Positions 17,892 to 28,674 of a DNA stretch of 64,000 nucleotides are shown here, piece by piece (within the stretch, counting starts at the first letter, position 1; the number at the start of each line of letters is the position of its first letter). Under the pieces are notes generated by a model, which was not told where the DNA came from, searched no databases, and saw only the letters and a program-made list of their open reading frames with translations. The position numbers and the translations under genes are program-made. Origin of the DNA: Simkaniaceae bacterium (GTDB taxonomy: Bacteria > Chlamydiota > Chlamydiia > Chlamydiales > JAJFMI01); the NCBI GenBank assembly GCA_040880145.1, contig JBBDIZ010000024.1, positions 1 to 64,000 on the forward strand. Reading direction: 5' to 3'.

Positions 17892-20800
17892 TTAGTTGAT
17901 GAGGTCGATTTGGTGGTCGCTCGAAAGGTTCTTCTCGAATACTGCGGGATCGCGGATTACAAGAGGAAGAACGTCGACAATTGTGGGCTGCCAGGATAGA
18001 CCTCGCTTGTAGACCAGGCGAGCAGCAATGTAGGAGGCGATCATGGCTTTTTTATGGACCTCGGGGATGTTTGTCAAAATGCGCTCTTTGTAATTTTCTC
18101 TTAAGAATTGGGGGCAAGAGCTTAGAAGACACTGGATAAGAGGGTCATTGTGGTTTTTTGAAAGGGCAATGGTTTCGAGATAATCGAGGATTTGGTAGGT
18201 GAAGGTGTTGATGCGCTCGGAGACCCATTCGGAGATATCGGTGAAAAAGGCTCCTGTTTCTGCATGGGTGCGGATGATCAGCTGAGCTTCAAAGCGCGCT
18301 TTTTCAGCGATGAGGTTGAGGATTTGGGGCATGAGGATTTTTTTGTGATTCACAAATTCATCATCATTTAGTACAAGCCCAATCAATACTTCAAATGAGG
18401 AGCAGATAACCCCTCCTTTATTGGCAGAACTATCTTTAATGATAATGGTTCCGGCAAGCTCGAGTTCTCTTCGAGCAATAGGAGTGAGATAAAGATTGGC
18501 GCCTTCGATGATCGCCTTTGATGAGGGGTGTTTGTTTTCGTCGAGATATTCTGTCCAGTTCTGGTCATTAAGAGTTCGAGGGCGGCCGCCTGCAGGGACA
18601 AAGACATCGGTTTTTACTTGGTGGACATTGTGTCGGAGCAAGTGGTTCATATCGTTGCCCGATAACCACTCTTTGACAAGCTCTCCTTTTTCTTTACGCC
18701 AGCAAAGGGTCTGTTTCGAATAGGCAGATTGCTCTTTTTTTGTGAAAACATCTAAGAGAAAGCCGCCGTCATGGAGGAGCTCAGGGGGATAATGGCGGAT
18801 CGATTGGGATTGTTTGAAGAGGTTGACCATCGCCTCTAGATCGAGTCCTTCCGGATCGTAAATGGTTCCTGAAACATCGATAAGGGCTAAGAGCTTGGCT
18901 GTTTTTGGGTAATATTTATAGAGGTTATAGATTTCATTTCCGGCGACATCGCCGTCAGGCCCTCCTGAAATCTTTATCGTAAAGGGCTCTTTTTTAGGAT
19001 CAATGCCCAAAAACAGAAGCGTTTCTTCCATGCAAACATTTACGCCAAGCGAGGTGACTCCAAACTCTTTGTGATTGATCCCGTAGGTGGGTTTTGAAGA
19101 AATAAAAGCGCTGCCGACTTTATACTTCACGCTTTTACTAAATGCTGCAATCCACTCGATCATCTCATTGTGCATATTCTCATCAGGCCCGAGATAGATG
19201 TATTCGGGATTTTTATAGTAGTCAACGATGTGTTTAGCTTTTAATCTGCCATCTTCCTCACAATTGATTAAGGACATAAAACTGTGAATAAAGCCGCGCT
19301 GCGTTTGATAAAGATATTGAAGCTTTTGTTCTTTTTTAAATGTATCGATAAACGATGCAATTTCATCGAGGGGAATTTGTGCGAGCTTCAGTTCTTTCTC
19401 GTAGATTTTAGCCTCAAATAGAAGCCGTTCATAGGGTTCTAGAAAAATAACTGCTTTTGAGCCGCCTTCCGGGATGTCTTTGTTTTTCTTTTGCTGGGTG
19501 TAGGCCAGATTATAACATTCGGTGAATACGTTATTGCGCTCGCTAATCATTTGTTCATATTTTTGAGGGAAAACAGTGCGAAGTCCTCCTCGAGAAAGGT
19601 CTTTGAAACGGATATGAAATCCAATAAAGTACATTCCTTGGACAAAGAAGATACCAAAGGGAAGATCCGGAAATTTTTCTGTTCGATCAAAGGGAAGTGC
19701 GTCTAAATAGGAGGGGTCTAGGCGGTAAGATAAGCCGACTTTATTATTGCGGTAAAAATTCGTTTTCAAGGTGTAGGTGATAAAATTCAACCCTTGAAGT
19801 AGGATGTTCTTTCGCCTCATATCATTGATTTGATTTCCTGTGTCGAGCGCTTCAACAAGAGTTTCAAATTTTGTTGACTTTATATTAAAGCTCTGAATAT
19901 CAGCATTGTCAGGGTGGAATTTCTCTTCAAAAAGCTCGCAAAGCTTGACGGTTAGTTCAGGGTGGCGGCACAAGCCTTCTTCAATATGAGATAGGCTATA
20001 AAGGTTGGGATCTGCGTGGACTAAGGCTTGGTGGCAAAAATTCACCATTGTTCTTAAAAAATTACCAAGATTTCCTCTAACTAACTGGGGGGTAATGAAA
20101 ACTTCTTCAATTTGATCTTGATCGTCAAAGTATTTCAGCGTGACAAGCTCGCGTAAAAAATCATCGATATCACTAGCTTCCCAGGCGGGCCGGTCATCAG
20201 CCCCATGAAGTCCTAAGGATAAAATGAGAATATTCTGCTTTTTATAAGGATCGATATAGGTGGCATTTACCCGCGTCAGGGTTAGATTATGCCGATTGAC
20301 AAGTTTCGCCAGCCTATAGAGGAAGCGGTGCTTTGGGGCATTTCTCCAAGCGAGCACAATCTGCATGGAAGGAGTGTTTTTCCCTTGGCTTTCCCAATCT
20401 TTATTAAAGCGGACTTCATATTGGCAGCGATCTCGAACGAGCGCTCGTAAATACATATCTAAGGCGATCGTCAATCTTTCGTGCGTAACAGAGCGTACAA
20501 AACGGGAGTTAATCCCTTCGATTAGGTGATAAAAAAGATCTTTTGTAAGCTCAGGGTTTTGCTTTTTGACCTCTTTAAAAAGCTTAGATTGCTCTTCAGT
20601 TGAAAGCATTTTCTTTGCAGACTTCTCTGTTTCATGGAATTCTGTAAAAAAAATGACGCCTACGCGAAGTTTTTCCTTGCAGCCTTCAAAAGGAGGCGGC
20701 TCATCGGAAACGAAAGTCATATAGTTTTTAATGCCATACATATTGTAGTGCTTTAAAATTCGAATATCAGCATCAGGGGAGTCTAAACAAGAGACAATCG

Positions 20801-21023
20801 CGCAGTTTTGTAGTCGAAATTGAGAAAAGTAGTCTTGAAGAGGAAATCCCATCAAATTATGGGCTACCATGATCACATGCAGGGGTTCGACCTCATCAAA
20901 GAAGCTTGGGGGCATATGGCTCTCTAGCCAATGGATATAGTCTTCAAAAAGACGACTCTCTTTTTGAACAACCCCTTTTAACTCTTCATCCGAAAGGCGT
21001 TTTTTGTCGGAGTTATCCGCCAT
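17892..21023 (-). CDS. Large NAD-specific glutamate dehydrogenase (about 1,040 aa)
   Basis: RGGLR, QQKKNKDIPEGGSK, GPDE, GGPDGDVAGN, PAGGRP, EGANLY, ANKGGVICSS. Confidence 0.9.
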   Translation of the reverse strand: MADNSDKKRLSDEELKGVVQKESRLFEDYIHWLESHMPPSFFDEVEPLHVIMVAHNLMGFPLQDYFSQFRLQNCAIVSCLDSPDADIRILKHYNMYGIKNYMTFVSDEPPPFEGCKEKLRVGVIFFTEFHETEKSAKKMLSTEEQSKLFKEVKKQNPELTKDLFYHLIEGINSRFVRSVTHERLTIALDMYLRALVRDRCQYEVRFNKDWESQGKNTPSMQIVLAWRNAPKHRFLYRLAKLVNRHNLTLTRVNATYIDPYKKQNILILSLGLHGADDRPAWEASDIDDFLRELVTLKYFDDQDQIEEVFITPQLVRGNLGNFLRTMVNFCHQALVHADPNLYSLSHIEEGLCRHPELTVKLCELFEEKFHPDNADIQSFNIKSTKFETLVEALDTGNQINDMRRKNILLQGLNFITYTLKTNFYRNNKVGLSYRLDPSYLDALPFDRTEKFPDLPFGIFFVQGMYFIGFHIRFKDLSRGGLRTVFPQKYEQMISERNNVFTECYNLAYTQQKKNKDIPEGGSKAVIFLEPYERLLFEAKIYEKELKLAQIPLDEIASFIDTFKKEQKLQYLYQTQRGFIHSFMSLINCEEDGRLKAKHIVDYYKNPEYIYLGPDENMHNEMIEWIAAFSKSVKYKVGSAFISSKPTYGINHKEFGVTSLGVNVCMEETLLFLGIDPKKEPFTIKISGGPDGDVAGNEIYNLYKYYPKTAKLLALIDVSGTIYDPEGLDLEAMVNLFKQSQSIRHYPPELLHDGGFLLDVFTKKEQSAYSKQTLCWRKEKGELVKEWLSGNDMNHLLRHNVHQVKTDVFVPAGGRPRTLNDQNWTEYLDENKHPSSKAIIEGANLYLTPIARRELELAGTIIIKDSSANKGGVICSSFEVLIGLVLNDDEFVNHKKILMPQILNLIAEKARFEAQLIIRTHAETGAFFTDISEWVSERINTFTYQILDYLETIALSKNHNDPLIQCLLSSCPQFLRENYKERILTNIPEVHKKAMIASYIAARLVYKRGLSWQPTIVDVLPLVIRDPAVFEKNLSSDHQIDLIN

Positions 21024-21061
21024 AGTAATATTACCTCTTATTTTTAATTATAATCAGGTAA

Positions 21062-22978
21062 TTATTTTTTTAAAAGCCTAAGGCTATTTAATCCGACAAG
21101 AATCGTACCTCCTTCATGAAGGATCACGGCAAGATAAAGGGGAATGTAGCCAAGAAGCGCGGGTGTTGTTGCAAGAAATATCACTCCAAGAGCAAGAACT
21201 AAATTTTGTTTTACGATTTTAAGTGTTTTTTTGGCCTTGTGCGTTAACCAAACAAGAAGTTCTAAATCATCGTTAAGTAGGATAATATCAGAAGCATCAA
21301 TCGCCGTATCGCTTCCGATTTTTCCGAGAGAGATGCCGACATTGGCTCGGGTTAAAGCGGGAGCATCGTTGATTCCATCACCAACCATAGCAAGATTTTT
21401 CTCTTTTGCGATGAGTTTCATTTTATCATCGGGCTTAAGGCTTGAGCGATAATTGGCGATGTCCAAGCTTTTTGCAATAAAGGAGGCATTTTCTTCGTGA
21501 TCCCCTGTGTACATTAAGATTTTGTAAAAAGACTTGAGTTTTTTTATAGTTTCTTTCATGTGCGGCCGGAGCTTATCGCTGAATTTAAATAGAAAAAGCT
21601 CTTCATCGATGAGTAGAAAAGCAAGAATTTCTCCTTCAGAAAAAGGAATCGAGGGAGGGTTTTTCAGTTTAGATAAAATGTAATCGCGGTGGCCGATGAA
21701 AATAGGTTTGCCTTCCCATTTTCCTTCTAATCCGTAACCTGGATGGGAGTGAAAGTCTGTGATTTTTTCAATGGGAAATTCTTTAGCATAATCGATGAGT
21801 GCTGTACTAATGGGGTGGGTTACGGATTTTTCGAGTTCCCGTGCTAAAGAAATGGCTTGGGCATTTGTGATAGTTTTCTGCCTGATGGGAACAAGGTCTG
21901 TAACTTTCAGCTCGCCGGTTGTTAGGGTTCCTGTTTTATCAAAAGCCAGCGTATCGCAAGCGGCTAGAGCATCGAATTGGACACCTCCTTTTAGTAAAAT
22001 TCCTTTTTTTGCAGCGGCGCTTAAGGCGCTCAAATAGGCGGTAGGAGTGGCAATGATTAGGGCGCAAGGAGAGGCGGCGATAAGAAAGGCAAGAGATCGG
22101 TAGAGGGAGCCTTCTGCTGTAAGGAAGGGGATCTTTAACAGAAAGGGAAAGGTCAGGGCAAAAAGAGCAGAAAGTAAGATAATGGTTATGGAATAAGCCT
22201 TTGAAAATCGATCGAAAAGTCTCATGACCTTTGGTTTGGCACTTTGCGCTTCATCGATGAGCTTAAGAATGCGGGAGAGAGTGGACTCGGACGAGCTTTT
22301 GGTAACTTGAATCAAAAGCGTGCCATCTAAATTGCGACTACCCGCTTGCACATCATCTCCAGCTTTTTTCGGCTGAGGAAGGCTTTCTCCTGTGAGATGA
22401 ACAAGATTGAGTGTGCTCGCACCCTCTAAGACAAGGCCATCTAAGGGAACGATTTCACCAGCCTTTACGAGAATGCAGCTTCCAACAGAGATCTCTTTTA
22501 CCGATTTTTGAAAGGTTCGCCCTAGCTCTGAAAGGGTTGCAAAATGGGGGGTGATTTCATGGAGATGATGAAGAGCTGATTTCGAGCGCATCGAGACACT
22601 TTTTTCCATAGCTCCTGAAAGAGCAAAAAGAACAAGAAGAAGGGCGCCTTCCATTGGGGATCCGATTAATATGGACATAAAGGCTGCAAGCGTCATTAAG
22701 ACGTCGATATTGATCTCTAAGGCTTTAATATCCTCAAAAGTATCAATTAACGCAGGTGTGCCTGAAAAAAAGAATACAAATGTGAGAAGAAGCGGCGTGA
22801 TGTTTAAAGAAGTAAAAGAAAAGATAAAAGCCAAAAGAAGGAGGAAAGCGGATAGAAGAGCGCTTTTTAAAGGAAGGTTCCGTCCCCATTTTTTGGATGA
22901 AGGGGTTAGAAAGGGGCTTACGCTCTCCTCTTTGTCTGAGGCAAAGAACTCATCAAAAAGATAGGGGGTGTTTTCCAT
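21062..22978 (-). CDS. Heavy-metal translocating P1B-type ATPase (SPC motif, P1B-4-like)
   Basis: LTGES, ASPCAL, DKTGTLT, HP, GDGINDAP, HEGGT; likely start at 22978 coupled by TAATG to the upstream gene (ORF track starts at 23044). Confidence 0.93.
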   Translation of the reverse strand: MENTPYLFDEFFASDKEESVSPFLTPSSKKWGRNLPLKSALLSAFLLLLAFIFSFTSLNITPLLLTFVFFFSGTPALIDTFEDIKALEINIDVLMTLAAFMSILIGSPMEGALLLVLFALSGAMEKSVSMRSKSALHHLHEITPHFATLSELGRTFQKSVKEISVGSCILVKAGEIVPLDGLVLEGASTLNLVHLTGESLPQPKKAGDDVQAGSRNLDGTLLIQVTKSSSESTLSRILKLIDEAQSAKPKVMRLFDRFSKAYSITIILLSALFALTFPFLLKIPFLTAEGSLYRSLAFLIAASPCALIIATPTAYLSALSAAAKKGILLKGGVQFDALAACDTLAFDKTGTLTTGELKVTDLVPIRQKTITNAQAISLARELEKSVTHPISTALIDYAKEFPIEKITDFHSHPGYGLEGKWEGKPIFIGHRDYILSKLKNPPSIPFSEGEILAFLLIDEELFLFKFSDKLRPHMKETIKKLKSFYKILMYTGDHEENASFIAKSLDIANYRSSLKPDDKMKLIAKEKNLAMVGDGINDAPALTRANVGISLGKIGSDTAIDASDIILLNDDLELLVWLTHKAKKTLKIVKQNLVLALGVIFLATTPALLGYIPLYLAVILHEGGTILVGLNSLRLLKK

Positions 22979-23694
22979 TACTGTAAAATCTCGATTAGAA
23001 ACGTCAGAGTGAAATAGCCGATTAAGGCAAGTGAAAGAGTCCAACTGACTTGACGGATTAGGTTGTTTTGATTTTTTTTAGCAAGTAAAAAGGTGAAGCA
23101 GGCGGAAAGAGTCAATGAGAGGGGGAGTAAAGCATGAAAGCGAGCTGCAATGAGCAATACCAAACAACTGAGGCTTGAGCCTAAAAAAGCACCAAACCCT
23201 TGTCTAAGGGGATGTTCAAAACTCTCTAAGGTCAATCCCAATTCTTCTTCTAGCATGACTTTTAATAAACGATTATCATCGGCCATCAAGACCTCTACAG
23301 TCTCCTCGAGTAAGCTTCCGGATAGTCCTTTAGCGCGGTACATCTCCAATAGTTCTTCTTTTTCCTGAGCGCGATGATGAAGAATCTCATAACGCTCTTC
23401 TTCAATCAGGCGATGAAGACGCTCTAATCGGAAATAACCGAGCTGAGCAGAGCGGCCTGTTTTCCAAAGAATCAGAGGGATTGAAATGATAAAAAGGGTG
23501 GAGGAAGAAGAGGGGAGAAGGCTTAGAAAAAGAAGGATAACAGCCAGTTCTCTGCCGCTATCACAGAATGCCGAGAGAAAACCGGAGCTTTCTGTTCCAT
23601 GCATTTCACCTGAAGCGCAAGCCCCTTTTTGGCGAGCCCGAAGGAGGTGTTTTTTGACATCAGTGCCTTCAAAATGTTTTGCATCTTTTTTCAT
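22978..23694 (-). CDS. VIT1/CCC1-family membrane protein
   Basis: EKEELLEMYRAKGLSG...MLEEELGL motif between hydrophobic segments. Confidence 0.8.
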   Translation of the reverse strand: MKKDAKHFEGTDVKKHLLRARQKGACASGEMHGTESSGFLSAFCDSGRELAVILLFLSLLPSSSSTLFIISIPLILWKTGRSAQLGYFRLERLHRLIEEERYEILHHRAQEKEELLEMYRAKGLSGSLLEETVEVLMADDNRLLKVMLEEELGLTLESFEHPLRQGFGAFLGSSLSCLVLLIAARFHALLPLSLTLSACFTFLLAKKNQNNLIRQVSWTLSLALIGYFTLTFLIEILQ

Positions 23695-24965
23695 TAATTT
23701 AGCCGATCAAGTCCTCCGAGATAGGGTCTAAGTACTTCAGGCAGAGTAATCGATCCATCTTCATTTTGATTGTTTTCTAAAAGAGCAACCATAAGTCGAG
23801 CGGTTGCGACACCCGATCCATTTAAGGTGTGAACGAGCTCAGGCTTTTTCTGCCCTAGCCTATAGCGGATTTTAGAGCGCCTTGCCTGGAAATCGCGACA
23901 ATTTGAAACAGAGGAAACCTCATAATACCGATCTTGACCCGGAAGAAAAACCTCGATATCGACGGTTCGAGAAGCTGCAAAAGCCATGTCGCCTGTGACA
24001 AGAAGCATATTTCGGAAGTGAAGGTTCAGCCCCTTAAGCACTTCTTCGGCCGATTGAATCATTGACTCAAACATTTCATCACTCTTCTCAGGTTCTGTAA
24101 AAGCGAACATTTCAACCTTGTTGAATTGATGCACACGGATCAATCCGCGCTCCCCGGCGCCGGCGGCGCCGCTCTCTCTTCGAAAACAAGGGGTATAGGT
24201 GATGTATTTTTTAGGCAATTCATCTTTCGAAAAAATTTCATCTAAGTGCATTCCATTGAGAGAAACCTCGCCGGTCGGAATTAATGTAAAAGGGTAATCA
24301 GGATCATCGAGCTTATAAAACTGACCTTGAAATTTTGGAAGCTGCGCAGAGGCATACATGGCCTCCTCTTTTACCAGGTGAGGAACAAGACAGAATGTGA
24401 ATCCATTTTTCAAATGAATATCGATCATATAATTGAGAAGCGCCCACTCAAGGCGCGCTCCCATATCCCGATAGATAGGCCACCCCGTTCCAGTGAGTTT
24501 TGCCCCCCGCACAAAATCAAAAATGCCCAATTTTTCATTGAGCTCAAGGTGATTTTTGGGAGAAAAAGAGAATGAGGGGGCCTTTGAAAAGGTTTTGATG
24601 CAAACATTTTCCTTAGGGTCTAGAGAAATTTTGACATCGTGATCTGGAATGTTCGGAAGATAAAGAAGGCGTTTTTCAAGTTTTTCTTCGGAAGTTTTTA
24701 GTTCAAGATTAAGCTTTGAAAGAGATTCTTTTATTTCTATAACTTTTGATGTAATCGTTGAATCATCTTGACCTAGGCGTTTTTTTTCACCGATTTTTTT
24801 AGAGGTTTTTTTAAGATGGGAGCGTAATAATTCTGCCTCTGTTTTCAAAGAACGCACTTGCTCATCGATTGATAAAATTTCTTTTAAATCGATGGTTGGA
24901 TCCTTTGACCTTAATTTCTTTTCAATTTCTCGAGCGTTGTCTCTAATTTTTTTTATATCTAACAT
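23694..24965 (-). CDS. serS: Seryl-tRNA synthetase
   Basis: MLDIKKIR, CFRRESGAAG, GLIRVHQFNKVE, HTLNGSG. Confidence 0.98.
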   Translation of the reverse strand: MLDIKKIRDNAREIEKKLRSKDPTIDLKEILSIDEQVRSLKTEAELLRSHLKKTSKKIGEKKRLGQDDSTITSKVIEIKESLSKLNLELKTSEEKLEKRLLYLPNIPDHDVKISLDPKENVCIKTFSKAPSFSFSPKNHLELNEKLGIFDFVRGAKLTGTGWPIYRDMGARLEWALLNYMIDIHLKNGFTFCLVPHLVKEEAMYASAQLPKFQGQFYKLDDPDYPFTLIPTGEVSLNGMHLDEIFSKDELPKKYITYTPCFRRESGAAGAGERGLIRVHQFNKVEMFAFTEPEKSDEMFESMIQSAEEVLKGLNLHFRNMLLVTGDMAFAASRTVDIEVFLPGQDRYYEVSSVSNCRDFQARRSKIRYRLGQKKPELVHTLNGSGVATARLMVALLENNQNEDGSITLPEVLRPYLGGLDRLN

Positions 24966-25089
24966 AATTTTTTTTACCGGTTGATCTCATATTTTAGCCC
25001 TAAACCCATTAAAAGGGGAGTGAAAAATATCCCTTATATGTTATAAAAGAGGGACATCCTATCATTAACCCTCCAAAGTAAGATTCACG

Positions 25090-26196
25090 ATGGCCAAATC
25101 AAACGAAAAAAAAGAAGCAAAAAATCCTTTAATTCTTCGCTTTCATCGCATGTTAGATGCTTTTTCTAAATCAGATGATGAGCGCGACTTTTATATCGAT
25201 CGTCAAGAGGGCTTTATCGTCTTTGTCGACTTGGACAAAAATGACGAGGAGCTCCTAGCTTTAGAGAAAGAGATTCAATCTCATGAAGGCCGTTATGTTC
25301 TTTTTCCTAAGATGAGCTATTTTGAGACAAAGAAGTTTATGGAAGGCTTTGTTAACGAAAAAGTTTATGATATCGACACAAAAGAAAAGCTTCTTGCAAT
25401 TATTGCGGGCAAGGAATCACGAGAAAATTTTTTAGAGTTTATCTATGACCATGTCGCTGAAATGGAGAGATGGCAGCAGTATTATCACGAGCGCTCTCGA
25501 ATTCGCATTATTGGCTGGTTAATCGAGGAAGAGTTTGATTTTGTTTTTGAAGAAGACCTTGAAATTCAAAATAGCACGATAGAGAAGGTGAAAAGCCATC
25601 TTTTTGATACACGGGCATCTAAGGAAGTTTCATCGGCAAGGGATGCCATCAAAACAAAAGCAAAGAGCTACTATTCGACAGAGGCGCTCAATCCGCGTCC
25701 CAAAAGGGGCCGCCCTCCCAAGCAACAGCAGAAGGTTGAAGTTGAGCCTGAATTAACTCAAGACATCTATCAAACAGTTCCATCCTCTCTACGCCCTTTT
25801 CTCTTTATGCCTGATTTTTCAGGGGAGAGCGTTACTTTCTCAGCGAAGCATGATAATGAAACGCAATTTTTAGCGAGTTTAAAAGGGACAACGGCAAAAG
25901 TGGATACGAGCCTTCAAGTTCTTTCTCAGCGGTTAGAGTCACTGCGCCACCTTTCAGAGCGCTTAAGAGGAACTACAGATGAAAAGCTTCTTCAAGGCGA
26001 AGAGAAATTGATGCAGGCGATCTCTAAAAGAGAGGAGTCTGAGGGAGAGAAGGTCGTAGAAGTTGCAAAGGGATTTTTGCCGAAAAAGCGAACTTCCACT
26101 TCGACAGACGGGAAGGATATTGGAGAAAGACTTGGCCGGAAAAGAAAGGCAGGTTCTAAAAAAGTCTCTGAAATAAAGAGAAAAAAGAAATCATGA
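25090..26196 (+). CDS. UPF0158-family conserved chlamydial protein
   Basis: AFSKSDDERDFYIDRQEG N-terminal domain; contains a PKRGRPPK motif. Confidence 0.75.
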   Translation: MAKSNEKKEAKNPLILRFHRMLDAFSKSDDERDFYIDRQEGFIVFVDLDKNDEELLALEKEIQSHEGRYVLFPKMSYFETKKFMEGFVNEKVYDIDTKEKLLAIIAGKESRENFLEFIYDHVAEMERWQQYYHERSRIRIIGWLIEEEFDFVFEEDLEIQNSTIEKVKSHLFDTRASKEVSSARDAIKTKAKSYYSTEALNPRPKRGRPPKQQQKVEVEPELTQDIYQTVPSSLRPFLFMPDFSGESVTFSAKHDNETQFLASLKGTTAKVDTSLQVLSQRLESLRHLSERLRGTTDEKLLQGEEKLMQAISKREESEGEKVVEVAKGFLPKKRTSTSTDGKDIGERLGRKRKAGSKKVSEIKRKKKS

Positions 26197-28223
26197 CGAC
26201 AGAGATTAAAAAATGCAGTCTTGAAGACAAGGAAAAAAGACGCTGTTTAGCAGTCCTTAAAACGCTTTTAAGGACGCGTATTGCTGATGATAAATTAAGC
26301 AAAATGGTGCGTCAAAATAAAGGGGGGACCTTTCATCTTTCCACAGCAGGCCATGAGTTAATCGGTGCAGTCGCTACGAGTTTTCTTGTAAAAGAGAAAG
26401 ATTGGGGACTTCTCTACTACCGAGATCGAGCTTACGCGATCGGAATGGGTTGCTCGCTTCTCGATCTTTTTGGCGCTTTTTTGGCGCGTATTGGGGAGCA
26501 CCACTCTTCATCCCGTCAAATGCCTGAGCATTACTCTGATAAACGCCTTCGCATTCCCACCTCTTCCAGCGTTGTCGGCTCCCAATTTCTTCAAGCTGTA
26601 GGGATTGCAAAAGCAGCCCAAATCAAGCAGAAAGATGAAGTGGTCTATGTCTCCGGTGGTGATGGTTCTTCGTCGCAAGGTGATTTTCATGAAGCATTGA
26701 ATATGGCTGCGATCCATAAATTAGGAGTTATCTTTGTTATTCAAGATAATGGCTGGGCCATTTCGGTTCCTGTCGATGATCAAATTGCCGGAGCATCCCT
26801 TGCAAAGCGAAGTCGCGGCTATGAAGGACTGTCGGTTTTTGAGATCGATGGTACGGATTTTGAAGAATTATCAAGTGCTTTTAGCGAGTCGACTCAAAAG
26901 GCAAAAAAAGGGCAGGGGCCATCTTTGATTGTGGCAAAAGTCCCTCGAATTGCCCCTCATAGCATTAGCGATGATCATTGCAAATACAAAAGCGAAGACG
27001 ACTTTAGAGAAGATGAAAAACGAGACCCTCTTCCCCGTTATAAAAAATGGCTAATCGATAGGGACCTTATCTTAGAAAGCGAGCTTATCGACCTCGAGGC
27101 CGAAATCAAGGCCGAAGTTGATGAAGCGGCTCTTTTGGCCGACAAGCGCCCCTTTCCCGACCCGAATGACGCGAGCAGCTTTGTCTTTATGCCGGATGAA
27201 ATCAAAGCCGTAGAGGGCGACCCTCTTTCAGAGACCCCTATTGTGATGGTTGATGCGCTCAATCACGCCCTTAAAGAAGAGATGGAAAAAGACCCGAACC
27301 TCGTTGTTTTTGGTCAGGATGTTGCCCATGGCAAGGGAGGCGTTTTTGGAGTGACACAATCCCTTACTGCTGAGTTTGGTGAAATGCGCTGTTTCAATAC
27401 CCCTCTTGCCGAATCGACCATTGTAGGGTTGGCTATTGGTCTTGCTTTTGCGGGGCTGACTCCTGTTGCAGAAATTCAGTTTTGTGACTATATGTGGACA
27501 GGAATCAATCAAATTATCAATGAACTTTCCTCCATTTGCTACCGCTCAAGAGGGGAGTATCACTGCCCTGTAGTGATTCGGATGCCGTGCGGGGGGTACA
27601 TCCAGGGAGGGCCGTACCACTCTCAGAGTGTTGAAGCTTTTCTTGCTCACTGCCCCGGTTTAAAAATTGTCATACCAAGTAACGCTGAAGATGCGAAACG
27701 ACTCTTAAAGGGGGCGATTCGCGACCCCAATCCCGTTATTTTTTTAGAGCATAAAGCGCTATACCGTCAGCGCCTTTTCTCTGCACGAAAAGAGCCGTCA
27801 AAAGAGGATATCCTGCCGCTTGGGAAGGGAAAAATTGTCAAACAAGGAGATGACTTAAGCGTTATCACTTATGGCATGATGACCCCAATGGTTTATGAAG
27901 TTGCAAGAGAGCTTGAGAAAGAGGGCATGAGTATCGAAGTCATTGATCTTCGAACGATCATCCCTCTAGACAAGGAGCTCATTGCTCAATCGGTGAAAAA
28001 GACAGGAAAGGTTCTTATTGCGCACGAGGCTGCTCAAACGGGTGGATTTGGCGCTGAAATTGCGGCTCAAATTAGCGGCGAACTCTTCCATTATCTTGAT
28101 GCACCGATCAAACGAATTGCTGCGAAAGATTGTCCTGTGCCTTACTCAAAAATTTTGGAAGATGAAGTTTTGCCTCAGAAGAAAGACTTAGAAAAAGCGA
28201 TACGAAAACTATTTAATTCGTGA
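26193..28223 (+). CDS. 2-oxoacid (branched-chain/pyruvate) dehydrogenase E1, fused alpha and beta subunits
   Basis: TPP-binding motif GDGSSSQGDFHEALN...DNGWAIS followed by the beta subunit (FNTPLAESTI, GGPYHSQS). Confidence 0.92.
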   Translation: MTTEIKKCSLEDKEKRRCLAVLKTLLRTRIADDKLSKMVRQNKGGTFHLSTAGHELIGAVATSFLVKEKDWGLLYYRDRAYAIGMGCSLLDLFGAFLARIGEHHSSSRQMPEHYSDKRLRIPTSSSVVGSQFLQAVGIAKAAQIKQKDEVVYVSGGDGSSSQGDFHEALNMAAIHKLGVIFVIQDNGWAISVPVDDQIAGASLAKRSRGYEGLSVFEIDGTDFEELSSAFSESTQKAKKGQGPSLIVAKVPRIAPHSISDDHCKYKSEDDFREDEKRDPLPRYKKWLIDRDLILESELIDLEAEIKAEVDEAALLADKRPFPDPNDASSFVFMPDEIKAVEGDPLSETPIVMVDALNHALKEEMEKDPNLVVFGQDVAHGKGGVFGVTQSLTAEFGEMRCFNTPLAESTIVGLAIGLAFAGLTPVAEIQFCDYMWTGINQIINELSSICYRSRGEYHCPVVIRMPCGGYIQGGPYHSQSVEAFLAHCPGLKIVIPSNAEDAKRLLKGAIRDPNPVIFLEHKALYRQRLFSARKEPSKEDILPLGKGKIVKQGDDLSVITYGMMTPMVYEVARELEKEGMSIEVIDLRTIIPLDKELIAQSVKKTGKVLIAHEAAQTGGFGAEIAAQISGELFHYLDAPIKRIAAKDCPVPYSKILEDEVLPQKKDLEKAIRKLFNS

Positions 28224-28575
28224 CGCGTCTTTGACGGCGCCATTTTTTGGGGCCAAAATTCTTGCGATTTTTGCGCCTTTTCATGATTTTCTCAAAATCT
28301 GAATCCTGAGCATTTAAATCCGAAAAATGCATCAGTTTCTTCTGCACTTGTTTGATTTTTTCCGCATCTTTTTTGCTCATCTTTTTCTCTTCTTCAATCA
28401 TGTCGTGCACATGGAGCATATGGGAGAGAAGACTCTCTTGCGTCTTCTTCAAACCGTCAACCTCTGCCTCGATACCGTCATTTGATTCAATGTGATTGAG
28501 TACATCCGCATTTTGAATCAGCTGATCAAGAGTCAGGCTTAAGTCTTCAACCAAACTATCCATAGAAGTAATCAT
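28213..28575 (-). CDS. Hypothetical protein (helical, basic C terminus)
   Basis: 120-aa ORF with a GGGAGATAGG RBS-like leader. Confidence 0.65.
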   Translation of the reverse strand: MITSMDSLVEDLSLTLDQLIQNADVLNHIESNDGIEAEVDGLKKTQESLLSHMLHVHDMIEEEKKMSKKDAEKIKQVQKKLMHFSDLNAQDSDFEKIMKRRKNRKNFGPKKWRRQRRVTN

Positions 28576-28674
28576 GACCTATCTCCCATTAGATCTCTGC
28601 CCATTTTACTGGTGTACTTCTTAAGAGAAATACATTCAAGTTTTTTTTATACTCAAAAAAAAACTACACAAACT

